A stretch of DNA of 64,000 nt, taken from NCBI GenBank assembly GCA_964430735.1, contig CAYSFB010000008.1, forward strand, positions 12,870 through 76,869. The letters run 5' to 3'. The translations under genes and the position numbers were made by a program. How positions within the stretch are numbered: the stretch's first letter is position 1; every line of letters begins with the position of its first letter. Of the stretch, positions 8,568 to 20,900 are shown one piece after another. The notes under the pieces are model-generated. The model searched no databases, had not been told where the DNA came from, and worked only from the letters and a program-made list of their open reading frames with translations. Source of the DNA: an uncultured Planctomycetia bacterium (GTDB lineage Bacteria; Omnitrophota; Gorgyraeia; 2-02-FULL-51-18; JAGOUK01).

Positions 8568-8857
8568 CCCCCGACTTCATCAACGGCATCACCATCTTCA
8601 TCCTCGCGACCTTCGTGGGTCTTGAGGTCATCAAAAAAGTTTCTTCGCTCTTACACACGCCGCTTATGTCGCTCACGAACGCGATCAGCGCGATCACGAT
8701 CGTCGGCGCGATCCTCGTCACCGGCTCCGGCTCGCACCACTCCAAACTGGGGACGATCCTTGGCGCGGCGGCCGTGTTCTGCGCGATGACGAACATCGTG
8801 TCGGGCTTTTTGATCACGGACCGCATGCTCAAGATGTTCAAGAAGAAAAAGCCATGA
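8564..8857 (+). CDS. pntAB: NAD(P) transhydrogenase alpha subunit part 2 (membrane)
   Basis: 97-aa hydrophobic protein 'GITIFILATFVGLEVIKKVSSLLHTPLMSLTNAISAITIVGAIL' placed between pntAA and pntB. Its start overlaps the pntAA stop (ATGA). Confidence 0.8.
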   Translation: MTPDFINGITIFILATFVGLEVIKKVSSLLHTPLMSLTNAISAITIVGAILVTGSGSHHSKLGTILGAAAVFCAMTNIVSGFLITDRMLKMFKKKKP

Positions 8858-10227
8858 TCACGTCCGTCGCGTATCTCGCCGCCGCCATTCTCTTTATCCT
8901 CAGCTTGAAGTGGATGAATTCGCCCGTCACCGCGCGCCGCAGCGTCGCGGCCGGCGTCGGCGCGATGGTGCTCGCCGTCGGCGGGACGCTCATCCATCCG
9001 GACGTGAATTATTTTACGGCCATCGCCGTCGCCATGATCCTCGGTACCGTCGTCGGCGTTCCGTTGTCCTGGGTTCCGATCACCGCCGTTCCCCAGCGGA
9101 CGGCGCTCTCGCACGCGTTCGGCGCGCTGGCCGCGGCCCTGGTCGGTACGGCCAAATACTTCACGCTCGCATCGCACGGCGAGCTCACGGCCTTTGTGAC
9201 CGGCGCGATCGTGTTCGAGGTGCTGCTCGGATTCCTCACGTTCACGGGCAGCATCATGGCGGCGCTCAAGCTGCAGGGGATCATCTCGGGCCGGCCGATC
9301 ACGTATCCCGGACAGAACTTCGTCAACCTTTCGATCCTGGCCGCTGCGCTCGTGCTGGGCGTCCTGCTCGTCCTCAACCCGACCGCGTCGTGGATGTTCG
9401 TCGCCATCGCGGTGCTGGCGTTTGTCTTCGGAATCTTTTTGATCCTGCCCATCGGCGGTGCGGACATGCCGACGGTCATTTCTTTGCTCAACGCGTATGC
9501 GGGCCTTTCGGCGGTCGCAATGGGCTTCGTCCTCGACAACAATCTGCTCATCGTCGCCGGCGCGCTCGACGGATCGAGCGGTCTGATCCTTTCGATCATC
9601 ATGTGCAAGGCCATGAACCGCTCGTTCTTCAACGTGCTGTTCGGCGCGTTCGGCCAGGCGCCCAAGCAGGCCGCCGCCGACGGCGGGGAAAAAATCCACC
9701 GCTCCGTCACGGCGGAAGACGCTGCGCAATTCCTCGGTAACGCGCAGACGGTCGTCATCGTTCCGGGCTACGGCATGGCGGTCGCTCAGGCGCAGCACAA
9801 GGTATTCGAACTTTTTGACCAGCTGACGAAGAAGGGAATCGACGTCAAGTTTGCGATCCATCCGGTCGCCGGCCGCATGCCGGGCCATATGAACGTGCTG
9901 CTCGCCGAAGCGAACGTGCCCTACGACAAAATGATCGAAATGGACGAGATCAACTCCGAGATGAATCAGGTCGACGTCGCCCTCGTCATCGGAGCCAACG
10001 ACGTCGTGAATCCGGCCGCCAAATCCAGCCCCGGCAGCCCGATCTTCGGCATGCCCATCCTCGAGATCGACCGGGCCAAGAACATCATTTTCGTGAAGCG
10101 CGGCATGGCGACCGGGTTCGCCGGCGTCGAGAACGAACTTTTTTACAACCCCAAGACGATGATGCTCTTCGGTTCCGCCAAAGAGGTCGTCACCCACCTC
10201 GTTTCTGAGGTCAAACAGGCGGCTTAG
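8854..10227 (+). CDS. pntB: NAD(P) transhydrogenase beta subunit
   Basis: N-terminal transmembrane region plus the dIII NADP(H)-binding motif 'VIVPGYGMAVAQAQHKVFEL...DVKFAIHPVAGRMPGHMNVLLAEANVPYD'. The start overlaps the pntAB stop. Confidence 0.85.
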   Translation: MITSVAYLAAAILFILSLKWMNSPVTARRSVAAGVGAMVLAVGGTLIHPDVNYFTAIAVAMILGTVVGVPLSWVPITAVPQRTALSHAFGALAAALVGTAKYFTLASHGELTAFVTGAIVFEVLLGFLTFTGSIMAALKLQGIISGRPITYPGQNFVNLSILAAALVLGVLLVLNPTASWMFVAIAVLAFVFGIFLILPIGGADMPTVISLLNAYAGLSAVAMGFVLDNNLLIVAGALDGSSGLILSIIMCKAMNRSFFNVLFGAFGQAPKQAAADGGEKIHRSVTAEDAAQFLGNAQTVVIVPGYGMAVAQAQHKVFELFDQLTKKGIDVKFAIHPVAGRMPGHMNVLLAEANVPYDKMIEMDEINSEMNQVDVALVIGANDVVNPAAKSSPGSPIFGMPILEIDRAKNIIFVKRGMATGFAGVENELFYNPKTMMLFGSAKEVVTHLVSEVKQAA

Positions 10228-10276
10228 GCCGCTTCAGCCTCCGTCCGGTCCGTTCCCGACAAAAAATCCCGCTTCC

Positions 10277-10305
10277 TTGAACCCGGCTGGGCCGTTGGGC
10301 ATACT
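10277..10305 (+). promoter_or_regulatory. Candidate sigma-70-type promoter for giant gene 1 (TTGAAC-N17-CATACT)
   Basis: TTGAAC at 10277-10282, a 17-nt spacer, then CATACT at 10300-10305. The architecture resembles the candidate upstream of giant gene 3. Pattern match only. Confidence 0.3.
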
Positions 10306-10375
10306 TTGGACTAAGGTTTGATTAAACGCGCTTAACTTGGGGGTGGGGAACTATCGCCTGTTCAACGGATATGCT

Positions 10376-11990
10376 ATGCCCGGCTTATTAAATAATCTAA
10401 TAAGACTAATTTCATTAGTTTTGGTGGCCGCGTTCGGCCTTCAGGAGGTCGCTTGGGCTGTGCCTGCTCCGGCCCCGGTTGCGCTGTCCGTTTCGCTTGC
10501 CGAGATCGTCCGGAATCCGGCGCTGTTGCCGATCCCGGAGGAGGTGATGACGGTTGAGTCTCAGATCGCCGGAACCAACGGCAAACTGATCGTGCTCGTC
10601 CGTGACGCGCACACGAACTTCGACGCGCAGATGAACCTCGCCAAGGCGCTCGAGTTTTGGATGGACAGGATGCCGCTGGACCTGGTGCTTTCGGAAGGCG
10701 CTTCGGGCGACGTGTCGGTCGACGATGCGGCCGCGCGCTCGGGGCTCGCGCCGGACGACCTCCAGCGCGCCGCGCGGCGGATGGTGTGGGACGGCCAACT
10801 CACCGGACATGAATACTGGAATCTGCTGTCTCCCAAAAAGTTCTCGATCGTCGGCGTGGAAGATCCCGGGCTTTATGGCTCGGGTCTGAAGACATTTGGG
10901 GAGCTGGCCGACACCCGGCATCGGATATCGAAGGATCTGACGTCCGCGTCCCGCGCGATCAATAAGCTCAAGACCCGCCTCTATCCCCAAGCATTGACCG
11001 AGTATGAAGCATCTATTGCTGCTGCCGACGGACAACCGGACGTTTTGAAGCGATCGGAAAAACTCATGGCGCTCGCCGCCGCTTCCGGCGTGGACGCGTC
11101 GGCAGAACGCTATTCCAATCTGGCCCTTCTGCGCCGCCTCGCCGAAGCCGAAAAGACCATCCGTTTTGACCGGTTGAACCAGGAATTTGCGCAATTGTCC
11201 GGAGTCGCCGGAGGAGAGTCGGAGAGCGGTTTGGAAAAAATGCCCGCACAGCCGGCCGGCCTTCTGTCGCGGATTGAAACGCTGCTGGATGCGGCCGACC
11301 GCAAGGGCTTGTCGCGCGCCAATGCTCCGGAATTGGCGTCCTATGCCGGTTATCTGCGCTTGTTGGGATCGCTGGATCACGCGGCTCTTGCGGATGAGTT
11401 GGATGCTTTGGAGCGGGAAGTGTACGCCAAGCTGCTCCCGGACGCGACGCTCATGACGCTGCGGGAACTGGATCTGTATGTCGCCCGTACGACGGACGGT
11501 GTTTCGGTCCAACTCGACCGTTCCGGTTACGACCGCTGGGCGCGGGTGCGAAAAGAAGCGCCGACCGTCTCCTGGCAGGCATTCCTCAACGATCTTTTGA
11601 TCGCGAACGGTTGCGCCGAAGACTTGATTCCGTATCGCGAAGAATTGGAGGGGGCCGCCGGTCCGATCGACGAATTTTATCAGAACGCTTCGGACCGCGA
11701 CCGCGCCTTCGCGGACAACGCCGAACGCGCGATGGAGTCGGGCGGCGCATCTGCCGCGGTCCTCGTCGCCGGTGGATACCACACCCTGAACCTGATCGAC
11801 CTTCTCGCGGCCGAAGGATTCTCGATCGTAGTCATGACGCCCCGCATTACAATTTCCACCGACCGTGATCGCTACGAAAAGATTGTTCTCGCCTCTGAGT
11901 CTGCTTTTATGCCGGCCCTCTCCCGGACGGCCGAAGCATCCGGTCGATTGACGCGGTACGCCCGCGGACAAACAGGACCTGCCGCCAAAC
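10376..11990 (+). other. Shared N-terminal domain of the giant-protein family (copy 1 of 3). It contains the His motifs 'QDAH' and 'GG[YF]HT' and is possibly Tiki/TraB/GumN-like.
   Basis: Alignable by eye to 37246..38830 and 50523..52100. Conserved blocks: 'GTNGKLIVLVRDAHTNFDAQMNLAKALE', 'LVLSEGASGDVSVD', 'AGGYHT...L...GFSIVVMTP' and 'T.D.D.YE'. Confidence 0.6.
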
Positions 11991-14900
11991 TCCTAAGCGT
12001 TCTATTGAGCATCGAGCCGGATGGAGCCCGGCTGGCCGGGACTGACGCGGCTGTCGCACACACCATCCGGATCCAGAGTTCCGGTGATCTGGAATCAGCA
12101 ATCGTCCGCCGGTTCGCGGTCTACAAAATGGGTTCCGCAGACGAAGCCGAACGGTTTGCCCGGGAATTGGCGCAGACCGTCAGAACCCGTTATGCCGCTG
12201 AACTGGCCCGTGACCGCGGCCGCATCGTGATCGTCACGCCGCCGAGGAATGTGGCGGGTTCTCCGATCACGGCCGTCGCGCGCAGCGTCGCCGCGCAGTT
12301 GGGATTGCCTTATGTCGAGACTTTTGAAGAACCGCTGGAACCCGGGCCCACTTATATCGGCGTGAGCAGCGCCCGGGTCCGCGAAAAACTCGCGCGCCAG
12401 ACGGGATTAATCCTCCGGCCCGAGCTGAATCTGGCCGGCAAGAAGATCCTGATCTTAGACGACATGATCACGACCGGCACGACGATCCGGGCGACCCAAA
12501 GCAAACTCGAAGAGCGTTTCGGGACCGAAGACTTCATGGTTGCGGCGATGGTCCGGCTGGAATCGTCCGACCCGGCGGACGAAAAAAACGTCAGCCGTTA
12601 TCTGGCGGACCGGAAAGACTGGGATGCTGTAGTGGAGATCCTCAACGACCCGCGCACCCGCATCGGCAAATCCGTCGTCGAAATGTTCACCGCACTCAAC
12701 CCGGACATGCGGATCGGTCTTCTGGCCCAGCTGACGGACGTCGCGGTCAAAAAACTCCTCCTGTCGACGATGCTGTTCGACCACGGAACCCGGTCCGTCG
12801 ATTGGATGCAGACGCTCTGGGTCCGGATCGCCCCTGTCGCCTGGTCGTCCTCCGCGCACCCGGCCCTCGAAGACGGGTATTGGTCCGAAGAATTCCAATC
12901 GTGGCTCGACCGTGCCGCCGCGTCCGAAGCGGACCCGGTGCTGCTGGAACAAATGATCCTGCTGCTGGAATTCGTCCATCGCCGCGAATCGATGACACGG
13001 CTTGTGACAATCGCGGACCGATTTAAGGGAAGCTTCGTCGGGACTCAGGCGACGGATGCGCTCAACCGCCGGGTGGAGCCGGTATCGGAAGACGACGTGT
13101 ACGACGTATTTGAGCATTTCCGGTATCCCAAAGGATTGCAATCCGGACTTGCGCGGCCGGACGGAGAGCGGACGATCAGTATGAAGTTCCTGGGAGAGCC
13201 GCGTCAGGAGCTGAACGCATCCTTCGCCGGGTCCGGCCGTGATGGGCATGTCTCAAGGATCGTGACCCTGACGCCGGATCCGGACGGGACCGTCATGGCG
13301 AAGCCCAAAGAGCGGATCATTTTTGACGCGTCCTGGATGAAGCTGAGGCCTGATATCGCCAATGGCGCGGTCAAAGGGATCTTTTTGAAAAGCGCGGGCG
13401 ACCGCAGCGGAGACGTCACGGCGCGCATCGTCGTCGACGACCGGATGCTCGATGTGTTTCCGGCCCGCGCCGGTAGGGATGGGATCATCGAGTGGAGAAT
13501 CGAGGGACTTTCGGAAGCGCTCCGCAGAAAATCCGCGACGAACCAATTCTTTTTCCGGAACTGGCAGTTCCAGCGCCGTCCGGAGGCGGTCGCCGGGGCC
13601 AGACTCGCGACGGGAGAGGCGGGCGCCGAAGCGGCGGAAGTCGCGGCGTTTGCCTTTACAGGAATCGACGAAGAAAAAATATACAGCGACCCCGACGCGC
13701 TTGAGGCCATCGCTCCTTTCCGCATCCGGGTGTTGAAAAACGGTCAGGTCCACTTCGGAAGCCGCGACCGGGGCCGTCTGGAGAAGAGCGTCATGGCTCA
13801 CACGAGCATTCCCGAAGGCGAATGGCTGACGGTCACTCCGGAGTACCGCCAGCAGCTGCCGGCCGGACTCGACGCCCAGTGGATCCTGCGTTTGAACCGA
13901 AAAAGCGGAGCGCCGTTGTATTACCGTTTCGTCAATACCGGAACTTTTTTGAAAAAGCTCGACCTCTCGGCTGGCGGATTCTTGGGATCGTTCTCGAGAA
14001 TCGGACGATATAAGGACCGGTCGCTGCCTCCGTTTCCCCAGGATGAATTCTCGGTGACGGTGCTCAAGGGCGGAAACGCCAATTTTGCGAGCTGGTCGGA
14101 TACGCAAGGTTCCGGAGATGCTGTTATCCGCCGTCTCAGGATACGGCTGGGCGACGAGTACGAAGGCCTGCCGGTTCGGGTCCGTAAGTTTTTTGTGAAT
14201 TCGCAGTTGAGCGAATGGCTGCTGCTGGTGCTCAAGCCTGCCACCGGAACCGCGCCGGAAACGGGTGATTCAATTCGCGGGCGCATGCTGGTTTACCGTT
14301 TTGTCCGTCCGGGCCGGATCGAGCAGATTAAACGCCACCCGTCCGGTGACGAGCAATGGTCCGCCTTTCCGGGGCTTGACCAGGCCGCTGCCCAGTTCGC
14401 TGTAACCGCGTCCCCGGGTGACGGGGCCCGGTTGGCCAAGTCGGGGAATGCGGATGACGGTATCGAGTTCGCCGAGAAATGGTTGAGGAAGTACGCGTTT
14501 TTGTCGAGGCTGCGGATGTCGGATGTGGAATGGCGCAAGGAGGAAGGGGAGAAGTTGGCGCGGGAAGCCGCCAAAGCTATTTCTGAAGTCCACGTGATGA
14601 TCCGGCATCGGTTGGCTTACGATGCTCAGGGGGTTGAGTTGAAGCCCGTCGTTTCGCTCCGCGGCCTGACGCTCGAGCCGAGCGTGGACTATTGGACGGC
14701 ATGGGCCTCCGCCGCATCCGACCACGGCGAGGAGCTTGGTGTTTCTGACGGATGGAAACAGGCGGTCCTGGGCGCCATCACCGTTTTGTCCTGTTATCAA
14801 GACAACCACGCCCATCTGAAGCATCAGGGCGGCGAGTCCCGCCGGAATTACTACCGGTCCGTGTTGGCGCTCGACTCCGCGCGGCTTGTTCTGGATCCGG

Positions 14901-17900
14901 CGAGCCGTGGAGTCCGGATCGACCTCGCACACGCCTTTTTCCACAACAAAGAGTATGTCCAGGCGGAGAAGCTGCTCGAGGACCTTCTTTTAAGCGATAA
15001 AACGAATCGGACTGCGCTGGTTCTGACCGGTTATGTGCGGTTGGAAATGGCCGCGCGCGCCTTGAGCCGGATGGAGCGGCAGCTTGAGCAGGAGAAGTAC
15101 ATGGACGCGCTGGAGTCCTTCGCCCGCACGCTTCGGCTGCTGGATGCGGCTCAGGAGCCGCTGCGCAAGGCCACCGATCGCAGGACCTTGAACGGACCTC
15201 GGGGGATCAAGAGCCTCGCGCGGGCCATGTCCGGGATGGCGCTGGTCGCCATGCGAAGGGCGGAAGCATACCGTATTTTGTCCGATCGTCCGGAGGTGCG
15301 GGGGGTCGCGCAGCCGCGCTATCGGTCTGTCGTACATTCGATCAGCGCGCTCGAACACGCGTTGTCCGCCCTCAACGTGAATGGAGCCGGCCCGGACGCA
15401 TTGGGCCACAGCTTTGGGATATATCGCGATATCGTTGTCCGCCTGGCCCGGGGATTGGACGCATCCGCGCTGGACCGGATCGATCCGGCCCGTTACCAGG
15501 AATTGCGCGGCCTCATGGTCCGGATGAAGGAACTTCTGAATTCCGCTCCCAACGATGACGTGCCGGCGCGCAAGCGCAAGTCTGCCCGCGGGAGCCATTC
15601 CGTTCAGACAACGATCGCCGACTCGATCTCTGTGCTGTCGGCCGTCTGCGTCGCCATCCAAACCTCGCTCGATCGCCGCGACGAAATCAAAGAAAAGCTC
15701 AACAAGGCCGTCTTGCGCGTGCTCCATGACCAGCATCCGGAAGACCCCGCATCATTTGAAGCGCGCGTGGCCGAGGATTTTGCGGCGGCGATTCCCGTCG
15801 CTCAAGTCTCTGAACGGGAAGCGTGGATCGCCGTGGCGAGAAGCCATTTGGAGTCGCTCCATACCACCCGCGAGGACATCGCGCTGGCGGGGTGGCATCT
15901 CCTTTCGGATTCCGGAGACAGAACCTTGGAATCTCTATCGGAGATCTCGGGCATCGAAGCATCCGTGGTCGCAGAGCGGTTCCGGTCGCCGTTCTTGAAG
16001 GAAGTTGGTCTGGCGTTGGAGGAAGAGTCTTCACCGCCGGACGCGGACGTCAAGGTGTCGCCCAAAAAATATACACAGGATATGGCTATTTATAATCTGG
16101 GTGATATCAAGTCGTTTCTTGCCAGCGATGTCTGGATCCGGCCGGAACCGGATGCTGCTGATGTGCACACCATTCCTTCTGCGAAGCATATCGAGCGGAT
16201 GTTCCGGCAGCTCCGGCCTTGGCTTTCGTTCAGATCGCCGATTGACTGGGACCATCTGAGCGCGATGCGAAAGCGGATGTGGGAACAAATCGATCAATTC
16301 TTTGAGCTGGCGCCGAGCGCGTTAAAAAAGAATGCAGAAGATATAGACACGCTTCGAATGAACCTGACCCATTTAAGGCGAGGGACAGACGATAAGCCCG
16401 GTTATTGGGTCCGGGCCAAGGAGCTCATGGACCGGCTTAAGCGCAGGCAACAGACTATCGAGGATCAGATCCGCGCGGGCATCGGCAAAATCGATTCGGA
16501 TTTGACCAAATTGCGGGCGCGAAACAACGTGTTGCGCATCGGCTACCTGGACGAATTGATCAAAGGTCTTGAGCTGCGCCGCGCACGGCTGAACGGGCTC
16601 CTCGATCCGCAGGACCCCGGCTATCTTCTGCCAGAGCATTTTGATGAACAGATGCAGGCGGCGCAAGCCGATCGCGAGTTGGTACAGCCGCTCGAAGCGG
16701 TGGAGGCCTCGCTCACGCGCGTGCGGGATCTTGAGTGGGAGGTCGATCGGCAGGTGCATCAGGCGGCAGAGGCCGCCGCAGCAGCCGATCTTCCGGGAAC
16801 TTCCGCCGCATCCGCTGTTGTCCGGCGTCTTCGGACGGAGATGAGGCAAGTGGAGCGGATGTTTCAAAAATACGCGCTGCGCGCGGACTCGGAAAAAAAG
16901 ATGAGCCAAATCGAAGGCCGGCTCGGTCGTATTCAGCAGGAGGCCGTGAGAATCCGTCAGGCGCTCGAGCGCCGTTCTTCGATCCGTGAGCGCATCAGCC
17001 GCATCCGGCAACAGGCCGATGCCGGAAGACCGCTCCTCCAACCGTTGACTGAATGGTGCGCGAAAATCGCCCGGCAGACCGATCGCATGGACGACATGCT
17101 GCGGGACGCGGACCTTGCCGGTGATAGGCGGGAAGACGGTGAAGCATACTCCGGACGGCTTCAGCTGGTCTTGGAGGAGGTCGATAGGGTCGAAAAGGAA
17201 GTCGACGAGATGCTGGCCCGGCTGGGTCAAAAGAGCGCAAACGCCATGAAGGCGAGCCTGGTGGGGGTGGAGCTGATGGCCGCGCTGCTCTGGCAGTGGA
17301 GCGAACAGGCGTTTCCGGGTACAACCGCGCATGCCCGGCGCTTCACGACGGCGAGCTGGAAGCTGCGCGAAAAGATCGAAAAATTAAAGTCCCAGTCGGA
17401 CCGGGGATGGATCGATCCCGGCCTCAGGGAGGAGATTGATATGGCTTTTTTGATGTGCTTTTTGGAATACGTGCGGGCCATGAACGAGGAGCATGATCTC
17501 CTGATCGACAAAGCCAAGCAGCAGATTCTGCAGCTCACGAAGCAGCTCAAGAACAGGATCGCCACCGGTCCGATGAAGTCCGAAGAGATCGGGTTGTTTA
17601 CCCTGACGTTGACTCGGGTTCACTACTTGGACCTGCCGTCCGACTTTGAGCTCGTCCTTTATTCGGACAAGGAACAGCGTCAGAGGCTCAGCGAGGAAGG
17701 GCATAAGGCCTTCATCAAGAAGCTCAAGGCGATGCCGGTCCATGACAACCCTTTTTTGCAACAGTTCGAAGACCGCTGGCAGTACCACGGGCCCGAAGGG
17801 TTCGAAGAATCGTTTGCCTATCGGGACTTGCTGCACGGGCTTTGGATGACCGTCGTGTTTTACATGGACGGGTACGAATCCGCCTCCGGTTCCACAAAAC

Positions 17901-20900
17901 CCGTCCATTTTGCGCATCTATTTCCGGAGGCCGTACGCCTGAAGCAGCTCAATGTGATCCGGCGCCGGATGATTGGAGCGGATGCCGATCGAGTCGGTGA
18001 CCCCACGATACTTTTTCCTGTCAACAGTCCCGAACAGCTTCGTCTGATCATGCAAGTCCGATCAAGCACCGATCGGTTTCTGGAGAATCTTTTTCCCGCC
18101 TTGGATGAGGATTTGGGGCCGGCGGATCCCGACCGCATGCAGGAGGCGCGGCATGTCCTGGACCGTATTCTGACCCAGACTCAGGAGAATCGGGGAGCGC
18201 GGCTGGCGCGTGACGGGCTGACCCTGAGCGCGGACGCGCAGGGGTTGGACGAGAACCGCTTCGCCGCCGCGTGGGTCGATCCGGCGTCCGTCGAGCTTCC
18301 GATACTGCTGGCGTCCGAGGCCGGGAGCTGGAAGGCGCTTTTGTCCGCGGCGCCGCGAAGTCAGACGGATTCGGGGGACGATGACCGGCGGCGCGAGTTG
18401 TGGATGCCGGGCGATGCGCCGGTCCCCGGAGCGGACGGCATCCCGCTCAAGCATCTGACCTTTTCGAGCAAGGCGCTTCTTCTGTGGGAGTGGAAAAGCC
18501 GGTATCCGGAACTTTTTGCCGGGAATGCGCCTCAGATATTTAAGCAGCTGGGTTTTGACCGGGAGGGCGTGATCGAGTTTGCGGACCCCATCACCCGGTA
18601 TCGTTACCGGATGCCGGCGGTTCCAACCGCACGGGGAGGGATGAACCTTGTTTTTCTGGCGGCTGCGGGGCATCAGGTTCGGGACGCAGCCGGCGCGTCC
18701 ACCGAAGAACACGGACGCGACGCGGCGGTGCTGGTGCCCATCCGGCCCAATCAGGGCTGGCGGTCCAGGGCCGTGGCAGAAGTCTATGACGCGCTTCATC
18801 CCTACCGCATCAATGAAGTTCAGGTCCCGCATGACCGGATTCCGCAGCTGATCCAGCTGATTCCGGCGTCAAACGCTCCATTCGGCGTGGACGCGGTCGC
18901 GATCGAATATCTCGACCCGGGCGGGTTCATGGAATCTGTTCGCGACATGCAAACCCGGCTCACCCAACAGTCGCTGGAGCGGAAGCTGGGCATCCGGATG
19001 CGGTTCTCGCTGGTTCTTGGCGCGGCACGGGCATTGCAGATGATGCATGAAGCCGGCGTGATTCACCGCGACTTCAAGCCCGAGAATGTGCATTGGGACG
19101 GGGATGACGTGAGAATCGTGGACTTCAGCAACGCATTCGTTTACCGGGCGCCCTCTCCGCTGGCGATCCCCGGGGCCCAATCCCGGCTTCAAACCATGCG
19201 CCTCATCGAACCTCTCGAAAAACAGAAAGGCATGCTGGGGGGTACGCCCCGGATTCTGGCGATCGACGGGACGGTCACGCCGAGTTTTGTGGAGGGGTCG
19301 GCCTTCCTGGAAGCGACCAAGCGTTTTGCACATGACCCGTCACAGGACAAGTTCGCCTTTGGACTGTTTTTGGCGCAGGCGTTCGGGATGCATGCGACCG
19401 GAGCGATGGATTCAAGAGAGTTAGATTTGCGTCTGGAATTGCTGCAGTCGGATTTGGAGCGCGCGGGTGAGCAGGTCAAATGGCCGGCGGACCTGTCGGC
19501 GGTCGGCCTGATCGGGCTAATCCGCCGTCTGCTCGACCCGGCGCTCAAGGCGCAGGACGATCTGGACTGGAAGGAAATCATCGATACACTGCAGGGTTTT
19601 GCTGGCATCTACGGGACGAGCCGTTTTGTGCCGACCGAATTTACCGCGGAGAAGCTGCCCGGAGACAGGTATTCGCAGGGTTATCGGGGCGGCGGTACGC
19701 TGGCTCTTGACCCGCCCGGTCTGCCGTCAGATCCCGGTTCAGGCGCCCGGCTTGCCAATGGCAAAGGTCTGGATCCATCCGAGGATGATTTACGCGATAT
19801 GTATACGGCCGCTGCGTTCGGCCCGGATTATCAGATCCATCGGACGCTGCGTGCGGGTCCGATTGATACCGGGATTTTTAAAAATTCCTATGACAGGATT
19901 TTTTCAAATATGAATTTTGGTCCGGAGCAGAATTTTTCTTCCACACTGACGGCCCGCGTGAAGCTTCAGAAGCAGTCGGATCCGAGCCGTCCCTGGATGT
20001 GGCTGGACGTCGGTCCGGGCGCAGGCAATGCATTGAGGGAGGGGATCGAGCTGATCGAGGAAAAAAGTCTTAACGGCCATTATCGGGCCTTGGGCGCGGA
20101 TATCGTTGACCATCGGAGCCGTTCCGGAAGATCCGCGCCGGCCGCCGGTGATTATGGATTCATCCCGCTTCCAGGAGGTGTCGAGAATCTGGAGGTTCCT
20201 GATGGCGCCGAACCTGACCTGATCACCGCGGTCCATGTGCTCATGTACGCAGACGATCCGCTTCAGGCGCTAACCCGCTTGTACAACGTCTTGCGGCCCG
20301 GCGGCGAATTGCTCGTCACCGTCAATGCGATCCATGTCGGCAGCGCTCCGTCAGCGCTTCCGATGATGAATTCGTGGGAGATCGGCAATTGGTTCAGCGG
20401 ATACGCCAAGGATCTGAATTCCAAGGGAATCGCAAGCGCGGAGCTCATCGGCGACGTGCTGCGCATCCGGAAGCTGTCCGCGGACCGTGTCCGGCTCTCC
20501 ATTTCCGCAGATGAGTCATTTGAGCCCTATCGGAACCAGGAAGGCATCCGCATCATCCGATACCGTCCGGCAGATCCGTCACAACCCGGGGTTCTTGAGG
20601 TCGTCGGACCCGGCGCGCGGTTGGCTCAGGCGGATTCGGCTCGGAATGCGATGGCTTCGGTGGCTCGATACGGATTCGTCCGAAGAGGGCTTGAGGCCAA
20701 AAAAATCTTTGACCTTCAGCTGGCATCGACCGGACCCGTAGATTCGGACACGGCCGGAAGGATCACCGGACGTCTGTTGGAACTCATCAAACAGTCTGCG
20801 TTGTCGGCGGGCGATAAGAAGCAATTCCGGCGGTTTTCGGATATTGTTGAGAGTCTCGAGTATCATTCGATTGACCCGGTGTCGGCAAGTCCTTCGGATT

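Noticed and set aside
8497-10197. 566-aa minus-strand ORF (and the similar 7416..8405 minus-strand ORF)
   Set aside because: Antisense to pntAA/pntB, which have strong family motifs. The antisense translations are Arg/Asp/Gly-rich with no recognisable motifs.
10228-10260. Small hairpin GCGGC-tta-GCCGC straddling the pntB stop codon
   Set aside because: The stem is short and there is no downstream T-tract, so it is not a convincing intrinsic terminator.
10415-11971. 518-aa minus-strand ORF and the many other 60-420-aa minus- or alternate-frame ORFs inside the three giant genes (for example 27491..28750, 16373..17332, 39535..40869, 54945..56345, 59373..60482)
   Set aside because: They overlap the long, domain-rich + strand ORFs. 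Their composition is the R/G/P/A-rich pattern expected from out-of-frame GC-rich sequence. None shows a recognisable protein motif.
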